Virus record (IMG/VR): IMGVR_UViG_3300045283_000223
Span: 1 to 50,203 of that record
DNA from: a virus
Lineage: Duplodnaviria; Caudoviricetes
Direction: 5' to 3' (one strand)
Length of the DNA stretch: 50,203 nucleotides
The notes below the pieces were generated by a model, which ran no database searches, was not told the DNA's origin, and saw only the letters and a program-made list of their open reading frames with translations. The first letter of the stretch is position 1. Each line of letters begins with the position of its first letter. Of this stretch, positions 44,583-50,203 are shown in pieces. The position numbers were made by a program, and so were the translations under genes.

Positions 44583-44702
44583 GGGATTGCAAGGGCGCGG
44601 AGTGTGTAGCATTGACCCTATTTGTTAGGGCAATTGCCAAATGTCTCACTCTTGCGGGAATGCTAGCTACCCGTAGCTGCCACTCCGCACCCGTGCAATC
44701 CC
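44583..44702 (+). ncRNA. Candidate structured RNA (multi-stem)
   Basis: GGGATTGCA/TGCAATCCC, GCGGAGTG/CACTCCGC, TAGCATT/AATGCTA, CCCTA/TAGGG, AGCTA/TAGCT. Confidence 0.5.
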
Positions 44703-44868
44703 GCACGATACACCACCACAGATCACCGGAGGTAGGGGCAATGTTGAGGGTGAGTGTGAGGCAGTGGCTGTAACAGGCCCAGTCCCCGCCAAAGACCCTC
44801 TCCAACCCTTATGATCCTCGCTAACGGTAGATAACGGAGGTTTTCACACGGAAAGAGGACAGAAGGTA

Positions 44869-45555
44869 ATGTCTGACCTGAATACCGAACTCGCCGGGGA
44901 GGCAGAAGCCCCAGCATCCACCGAAAGCCTGATCAACATCATCCTTAAGAACGGGGCTGGTACGGTCACTGTGGATGCCAATCAGCTTCCCCTCGATGTC
45001 TACCGCGAAGCCCTCATGCAGGGCCTCAAGGTCATCGCCGAGCGAGCCATGAGCAAGCTCACGAAGGAGGCCTACCCGGACGAAACCGAACGCCGCGCTG
45101 CAATCAAGGCGAAAGCCGAAGAGAACATCGCGGACATGTATGCCGGTAAGACCAAAATCACCGGTGCAGTCGCGGTCAAGAAGGCATCGGGAGCCGTAAT
45201 GACCGAGGCGATGAGACTCGCCCGTAACTTGGTCAAGGACGCGATGAAAGCGAACAAGATCAAGATCTCCCACGTCAAGGCATCGGAGATCACCGTTGCC
45301 GCCAAAGCATTGATCGAGTCTGACCCCTCGATCATCACCACTGCCGAAGCCAACCTCAAGGCGAGGGAGGCCACGCCCATCAAGATCGACATTGCCAAAC
45401 TGGTGAAGGTCGATCCCAAACTGGTCGCGGCCGACGAAGCCAAGAAGGCGGAAGCCAAGGCCAACAAGCCGCTGTCCAAGACCCAAGCGGGCAAGGTAGC
45501 CCCACGGGCCAAGGGCAGCAAGCCGGGGGCAATGGCCCCCGGTACCGCGCACTAA
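44869..45555 (+). CDS. Lys/Ala-rich helical protein, possibly DNA-binding
   Basis: Strong codon bias, AAGGT SD, basic C-terminal tail. Confidence 0.8.
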   Translation: MSDLNTELAGEAEAPASTESLINIILKNGAGTVTVDANQLPLDVYREALMQGLKVIAERAMSKLTKEAYPDETERRAAIKAKAEENIADMYAGKTKITGAVAVKKASGAVMTEAMRLARNLVKDAMKANKIKISHVKASEITVAAKALIESDPSIITTAEANLKAREATPIKIDIAKLVKVDPKLVAADEAKKAEAKANKPLSKTQAGKVAPRAKGSKPGAMAPGTAH

Positions 45556-45592
45556 CACGTTGTGGGCCCCCTCGGGCCCCTAGCGTTCCTAC

Positions 45593-45764
45593 CGAAGGCG
45601 AGCAATGAGAGCGGTACGAAGACGGTGGATGGCACTCTAGGTGACCAGCCTGATCTACCCCCACAATCTCAGGATCGCCTTCGCCCCCGCCGATCCAGCC
45701 ACCGAGACACCTAGCCATGGGCCTAGCCAGCCCCCGACAAGGCCAAGGCTCTCGGTGGTACTGG
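45593..45764 (+). other. Two tandem long irregular hairpins
   Basis: CGAAGGCGA/TCGCCTTCG (45593-45683) and CCACCGAGA/TCTCGGTGG (45699-45758). Confidence 0.5.
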
Positions 45765-46013
45765 CTTAAAACCGATCACGGAGACAATCCAACGGGAATA
45801 TATCACTCCTACTTCCTGCAAGCAGGTAAAATCTGGCAGGATTACTTTTATGGCAAAATCAGTCTAACCGTAAGGGATGGCCGATTGAACTATCTCAGGG
45901 CTCAATACGGAATGCGATAAGCTACGACTGCCCACTGCAAAGTGAGGGATAGCCAAAGATCCCTCAGATACGCAACCCCGAGGGCGCAGCCCCTCAACAG
46001 AGGATATCCGACT

Positions 46014-46949
46014 ATGACCCATGATACTGTCACCAACTTCGCGGCCAGTTTGGTCGAAATGGCAAAGGCCACCGAGCGAGTGCCGGAGCTTGAGCGTGTA
46101 GTTGACTCCCTTGAGAGCGAACTCAATACACAGGCAAAGGCGATCGATGATCTTGGTCGGCAGCTCGAACAATCCCGCGCCTACGCTGCCAGCCTCGAAC
46201 AGGCCAAACACGACCTGGAGGTAGCCCGTGACGACGCAGAGCTTCGGTTTCTCGAAGCTTCAGACCGCACTGACCGTGCCTTGGCGTTTGTTCGCACTGT
46301 ATTCGGCAATGCGGGGCAGGTGATACAGAGCCTGGAGCCACCGCGTGAGGCAGTGGCGGAGGCAGTGGCGGAGCCTATCCCATCGACGGAGCCTCCTACC
46401 ACAACGGAGAACTCTACATCTAACAGTGGAAATGAGGGTGAGAGTGCCATCCCCCCTACCCCGGCCCTGCCTTCCACGACTGGTGGTGGGACGGAGAGCG
46501 ATACGCGAAGTATTGACAGTGGAGTGAGTGTGCCCTCGCACCCTATCTACCCAACGGATGGCAACATCAAGGTATCCGATGTAACCCCCTTGGCCAGTGG
46601 GAGTACCTCAACCGAGGTGTCTGGTGGCCATTTCCCCCTGAACCCTACTGCGAATACTGTGGGCACCGAAATCCCTTCCATGATAGCGGATGCCCCAGAA
46701 GCGAAGACGGTTGGTGATGGTGTCAGCGTGTCCCCGGACCCTCTTGTGTCTTCGCCCTCTGCTGGATCTGTTGGTTCTGCCAGCGGTACGGATACTGCGT
46801 TGCCGGATGCTGAACCACTCGTTGGTCCATATTCCGGCAAGCTCTACATCTACCAACCCGGCTGGGTCTCCCGTGCCGATTGGCTAGCCGGTGGCGGCAC
46901 CGATGAGTCCTACGATTATCGCCGACCGTGGGGCCAAACAGGAGAGTAA
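46014..46949 (+). CDS. Coiled-coil protein with long disordered Ser/Thr/Pro linker
   Basis: GAGGA SD before ATG 46014; heptad N-terminus; short aromatic C-terminal motif. Confidence 0.75.
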   Translation: MTHDTVTNFAASLVEMAKATERVPELERVVDSLESELNTQAKAIDDLGRQLEQSRAYAASLEQAKHDLEVARDDAELRFLEASDRTDRALAFVRTVFGNAGQVIQSLEPPREAVAEAVAEPIPSTEPPTTTENSTSNSGNEGESAIPPTPALPSTTGGGTESDTRSIDSGVSVPSHPIYPTDGNIKVSDVTPLASGSTSTEVSGGHFPLNPTANTVGTEIPSMIADAPEAKTVGDGVSVSPDPLVSSPSAGSVGSASGTDTALPDAEPLVGPYSGKLYIYQPGWVSRADWLAGGGTDESYDYRRPWGQTGE

Positions 46950-46970
46950 CTAATTCCCCACCACAATTCG

Positions 46971-47008
46971 CCAAGGGGATTGACTTCCCCTTGGTTCCGT
47001 GGTAAGAT
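46971..47008 (+). promoter_or_regulatory. Sigma70 promoter whose -35 box is the loop of a 9-bp inverted repeat
   Basis: CCAAGGGGA-TTGACT-TCCCCTTGG; TTGACT-17-TAAGAT with extended -10 TG. Confidence 0.75.
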
Positions 47009-47035
47009 GGTAATCTACAATGGGAGATCGCCCTT

Positions 47036-47239
47036 ATGTCCCTAGCCGCACAATACCGCGAAGCTTTTCTCACAGCACCAAATCTTGAAACAGTCGCTGA
47101 TTGGCTGGACCTACTTAGGGATATCGATCCCGACGCAATAATGAGCACACGCGATCTTGGTGTGTACATAGAATTCTCGGATGGCTCCCTATGGCTCCTT
47201 GGGTCCGCTGAAGACAGTGCAAGTAGGATGCGATCATGA
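47036..47239 (+). CDS. Hypothetical protein
   Basis: GGGAG SD after the promoter; ATGA coupling. Confidence 0.65.
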   Translation: MSLAAQYREAFLTAPNLETVADWLDLLRDIDPDAIMSTRDLGVYIEFSDGSLWLLGSAEDSASRMRS

Positions 47240-47430
47240 AGCCCAAAGTCATCTACCTATCCCGCAACACGACCGACCATACCATCACCCTAGCCATCAA
47301 TGGCCAGCGGTATGAGTACTGGCTGAACCCTGGCGCCTGTGACAGTGTGGAGTATCTGTGCAAGCATGTGTCCAGCCTCAAGGCCCTGGCCCTCGCCAAG
47401 CGCCTTGCCTCTCGCACGGAGCGGCTATAA
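47236..47430 (+). CDS. Hypothetical protein
   Basis: Coupled overlaps on both sides. Confidence 0.65.
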   Translation: MKPKVIYLSRNTTDHTITLAINGQRYEYWLNPGACDSVEYLCKHVSSLKALALAKRLASRTERL

Positions 47431-47618
47431 TGCCTTTCCTCATCACCTACCCTACCGTTTACTGCCTCGCCAGTCAATACGATCGACTAACCCCCGAACA
47501 ACAAATCGCCGTCACCCATATCCTCGCCGATGACGGCACTTGGACCGAAGAACAAATCATCCACGCAATCTATGGTTCCCCCGATCCCATCCCTCTAGAC
47601 GATTGGACTCGACCATGA
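47430..47618 (+). CDS. Hypothetical protein
   Basis: TAATG start, GGAG SD. Confidence 0.6.
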   Translation: MPFLITYPTVYCLASQYDRLTPEQQIAVTHILADDGTWTEEQIIHAIYGSPDPIPLDDWTRP

Positions 47619-47740
47619 CCGACAAGGAACTCTACGAACTCGCCATGATCCGTGAGATGATGCAGAAGGCCCTAGCAAAGGCCTCATCCGCGCCCACGCC
47701 CGCGCCCAAGCCGATCCCCACCCCGGCGCACGCATCATGA
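47615..47740 (+). CDS. Small hypothetical protein
   Basis: ATGA overlaps on both sides. Confidence 0.55.
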   Translation: MTDKELYELAMIREMMQKALAKASSAPTPAPKPIPTPAHAS

Positions 47741-47973
47741 CCAGCAACCTCACCTATACCATCTCCGACCGCAAACTCGACCGGGCAGCCAAAGCCCGAT
47801 CGACCAATTTCCGCAAACCCCAGACCAAATGCCCAGTGCCCAATCTTCCCAAATTCGGCGGATGGGGCGCCAAGGCCAACCCTGGCATGGTCGCGGCGAA
47901 AGCCTCCACCACAAAGCGGGCAAAGCGGGTGAAGCCCTCCATGCCCAAAATGCCATGGGAGACGGAGGTATGA
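47737..47973 (+). CDS. Small basic protein
   Basis: Lys/Arg-rich; ATGA overlaps. Confidence 0.65.
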   Translation: MTSNLTYTISDRKLDRAAKARSTNFRKPQTKCPVPNLPKFGGWGAKANPGMVAAKASTTKRAKRVKPSMPKMPWETEV

Positions 47974-48269
47974 AAGGCGGCGATCATCGATCCGCACTAT
48001 TCCGTGCAACCTATAGCGTCCTCTCCTCTCGCGAGGAAGAACTCCTCCATCTCCTCGCTACCTCCCCCGATGGAGGCAAAGCCATTGCGCGCAAGATGAA
48101 TTGCACCCTTGCCACTATCCGCGTCCACTCCAAGTCTATCTTCCGCAAACTCAATCTGCGCAATCGCACCGATCTTGTTCAATGGTACACGGCACAGCTA
48201 CCATCTCCTTGGGCAATCCCCCACGTCCTCCCCGACGACCAACCTGCCTTCCCCGCACACCACTATTAG
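47970..48269 (+). CDS. LuxR/GerE-type HTH transcriptional regulator (DNA-binding domain only)
   Basis: LSSREEELLHLLA....GKAIARKMNCTLATIRVHSKSIFRKLNLRNRTDLV; GGAGGT SD. Confidence 0.85.
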   Translation: MKGGDHRSALFRATYSVLSSREEELLHLLATSPDGGKAIARKMNCTLATIRVHSKSIFRKLNLRNRTDLVQWYTAQLPSPWAIPHVLPDDQPAFPAHHY

Positions 48270-48280
48270 GAGATCCCCCA

Positions 48281-48622
48281 ATGATGGCCTCCGCTGATCC
48301 TTCCCCAATCCCGAAATGGGCAGTCACCATGTGGTCCGACGCGCGCCACATATACGTCGCTCTCCCCATGACCGCCGGTGGCATCCCCTACATTACCAAG
48401 TTCGATTTCACCGAAGGTGGGCTGACCCGCGCGCTGAATGTCCTCCGCGCGCATCAGCCCGAAGCTCTGGTCCCCACCACCGCGGCACCTGCCAACTACA
48501 CCATCCCACCACGCCAGCCGATGGTGCGGCTAACCAAAGCCCAAGCGCAGTTGCATGCTGAGACCACCGAGGCCCAACGCGAGAACGCGCGGAAGGTCCT
48601 GGCTAAGATGGGGTTGAAGTAG
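48281..48622 (+). CDS. Hypothetical protein
   Basis: AGGGAG SD. Confidence 0.7.
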   Translation: MMASADPSPIPKWAVTMWSDARHIYVALPMTAGGIPYITKFDFTEGGLTRALNVLRAHQPEALVPTTAAPANYTIPPRQPMVRLTKAQAQLHAETTEAQRENARKVLAKMGLK

Positions 48623-48942
48623 TGCTTGAGGCTTTGCTTGCAGATTTGGCCCTCTCCGGCTGGACCATTTCCTGGGCCTTTCAATTCGCCCCGGACCATT
48701 GGCGCGTGTCAATCATCCACCACTCCGACATCGGCGAACCCCAGGGCACTTACATCTCCCACTGTGCCGATGGCCCGGACTTCGCCTCCGCTCTAGAGGA
48801 CGCCATCCTCCGCCGCAACGACGCCACCTTTACCCCAACCGACCCCACCATCTGGTCCATCGATGGCCCAACCGATTCGCGATCCCTTCTCGACCTGCTA
48901 AACCTACGACCGACCCAGAAATCATTCCCACGGAGGATTTAA
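48622..48942 (+). CDS. Hypothetical protein
   Basis: TAGTG coupling; typical codon usage. Confidence 0.65.
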   Translation: MLEALLADLALSGWTISWAFQFAPDHWRVSIIHHSDIGEPQGTYISHCADGPDFASALEDAILRRNDATFTPTDPTIWSIDGPTDSRSLLDLLNLRPTQKSFPRRI

Positions 48943-49178
48943 TGTTCGATCTATTCAACCGTATCTCGTCCGCACCCTCCGCGATATGGACCAGCAAATC
49001 TACAACATCAGCCAGAAGTTCAACGGCAAACTGGGAAAGCGTCCGCTCACATTTCAACGATCTCCAGGAAGGCATGATCTCTCGCAAGCGGGCTGAGAGC
49101 AATCGTATTAACGACATGCTACGTGGGGAGTTGATCGAAATCTACAAGCCAACAACCAAACAGATCGACAACCGCTAA
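48942..49178 (+). CDS. Hypothetical protein (possible internal compensated frameshift)
   Basis: GGAGG SD, TAATG coupling on both sides. Confidence 0.6.
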   Translation: MFDLFNRISSAPSAIWTSKSTTSARSSTANWESVRSHFNDLQEGMISRKRAESNRINDMLRGELIEIYKPTTKQIDNR

Positions 49179-49399
49179 TGCCCCGCCGTCGTCGCCAACC
49201 TCCTGACACCCGCCTGAACTGGCGAGACCCCAACATGCCTGTAATCCGCCACTATCGGATGGGCGATGGCACTATCCGATCAATTGTCGACCCCGACTAC
49301 GAACAGCGCTACCGTGCAATGCTTGTTGCCACCTCCACCGAACCCGACTGGCGCAACGATCCGACCTACAACCTGCGTCGAACCCGAAAGCCCGACTAA
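49178..49399 (+). CDS. Hypothetical basic protein
   Basis: TAATG coupling on both sides. Confidence 0.65.
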   Translation: MPRRRRQPPDTRLNWRDPNMPVIRHYRMGDGTIRSIVDPDYEQRYRAMLVATSTEPDWRNDPTYNLRRTRKPD

Positions 49400-49632
49400 T
49401 GTCTCAATACCCCACCTACGAAACCGAAGCCGGCCAAGCCTCAGAAGCCGTCACCTACTCCCGACTGATCGAGCATTTGCGATTGGCTGCTGAATGCTGC
49501 ATGGTCCTTGGCCACCTCCGCAAAGCCAACGACGACGAACTAATCGGCACCGGGTTCCTGGGCATCGGCCAGATGCTACTTAAGACCGTCGAACACGTCA
49601 CGGCATTGGCCGTGGGAAAGAGGTTGCAATGA
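49399..49632 (+). CDS. Hypothetical protein
   Basis: TAATG/ATGA coupling. Confidence 0.7.
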   Translation: MSQYPTYETEAGQASEAVTYSRLIEHLRLAAECCMVLGHLRKANDDELIGTGFLGIGQMLLKTVEHVTALAVGKRLQ

Positions 49633-49859
49633 ACTGCGAATCATTTGAGGATATCAACCAAGCCGGACTGGCCCTAATCGAATGGTTCAAATCCCAAGAC
49701 ATCGACCCGCCAAACGGCATGATGATGATCGCGTTCATAGTTGCCCGGATGATCATCGAGAACAGCGAATCCCTTGACGATCAAGAGGATAAGCTAGCAT
49801 TTCAAGACCAAACCACGCGGGAGTTCATCACCATGATCCGGAGCTTGGACCCGCAATGA
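49629..49859 (+). CDS. Hypothetical protein
   Basis: GAGGT SD; ATGA coupling to the helicase. Confidence 0.7.
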   Translation: MNCESFEDINQAGLALIEWFKSQDIDPPNGMMMIAFIVARMIIENSESLDDQEDKLAFQDQTTREFITMIRSLDPQ

Positions 49860-50203
49860 CCCCCACCCCCGAACAACAGGCCACCCTCGACGCGGACCCG
49901 ACCCGCAATCTTATGATCAACGCCTTGGCCGGTACCGGCAAGTCGGCCACCCTCAAACTCATCGACCAAGCCAGCAAGATCCACCCGGCTTTGTACTTGG
50001 TCTTCAACAAGCGCAACGCCGTCGAGGCCAAGGAATCCGCCGGCTTCCGCACAACCACTACCATCAAGACCTTCAACGCCGCCGGCCACGGCATCTGGGC
50101 TGGCAAGGTGGGCAAGCTAATCCTTGACCCGCGCAAATCCCGAACCCTCTGGGACGCCCATCTCGAGGACCTATCCAAACCCGCCGCCCGACAAGCCTGG
50201 ACG
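49856..50203 (+). CDS. UvrD/Rep-like superfamily 1 helicase, N-terminal part (continues at position 1)
   Basis: ATG 49856 overlaps the previous stop (ATGA). MTPTPEQQA Q-motif, Walker A INALAGTGKS, LYLVFNKRNA, TFNAAG. Confidence 0.9.
   Translation, partial: MTPTPEQQATLDADPTRNLMINALAGTGKSATLKLIDQASKIHPALYLVFNKRNAVEAKESAGFRTTTTIKTFNAAGHGIWAGKVGKLILDPRKSRTLWDAHLEDLSKPAARQAWT
50077..50203. repeat. Terminal direct repeat (copy 2)
   Basis: Identical to 1-127. Confidence 0.95.

Noticed and set aside
44755-44790. tRNA-Tyr-like CTGTAAC loop, and GGTTCGAATCC at about 5732
   Set aside because: No cloverleaf stems; the latter lies inside a coding region
45717-45920. ORF 45717-45920 as a gene
   Set aside because: Its ATG lies inside a hairpin without an SD. 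The 3' half looks protein-like but follows a GGAG with only an ACG codon, so it was left uncalled (possible decayed gene).
50077-50203. 127-bp terminal repeat as a biological DTR
   Set aside because: It falls mid-helicase and equals a standard k-mer length, so it is best explained as a circular assembly overlap
1-50203. Temperate lifestyle module
   Set aside because: No integrase, ParA/ParB or CI/Cro pair recognised; lifestyle remains undetermined

Overview
The window is an apparently complete ~50.1 kb circular(ised) genome of a GC-rich podovirus-like tailed phage. Bases 1-127 repeat exactly at 50077-50203, which looks like an assembly overlap. The + strand carries early genes (43.86-49.86 kb) running through the join into a replication/recombination module (49.86 kb-10.35 kb). 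That module has an SF1 helicase, a Cas4-like nuclease, a Sak4-like ATPase, an SSB-like protein, DUF3310, a split family-A DNA polymerase (UDG + exonuclease part and polymerase part) and a DUF3987-like NTPase. The - strand carries a BPP-1/T7-style late module: GIY-YIG, terminase, portal, scaffold, capsid, cement, tail adaptor and nozzle, ejection proteins, a SAR-type endolysin and membrane proteins. No integrase, RNA polymerase, primase, reverse transcriptase, tRNA or CRISPR array was recognised. The most unusual feature is a ~7.7 kb block between the capsid cement gene and the tail genes. It encodes seven Sec-signal-peptide proteins, several with tail-fibre or tailspike motifs and rich in Ser/Thr and Cys, around an O-antigen-ligase/O-oligosaccharyltransferase-like membrane enzyme. 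This suggests periplasmic export, and possibly glycosylation, of virion appendages (inference). Other points of note are His at PolA position 762, several long structured intergenic RNA-like elements, an overprinted HTH gene, an SSB-tail mimic and an in-frame TGA in an otherwise intact-looking gene. All family assignments are by eye from motifs; no searches were run.
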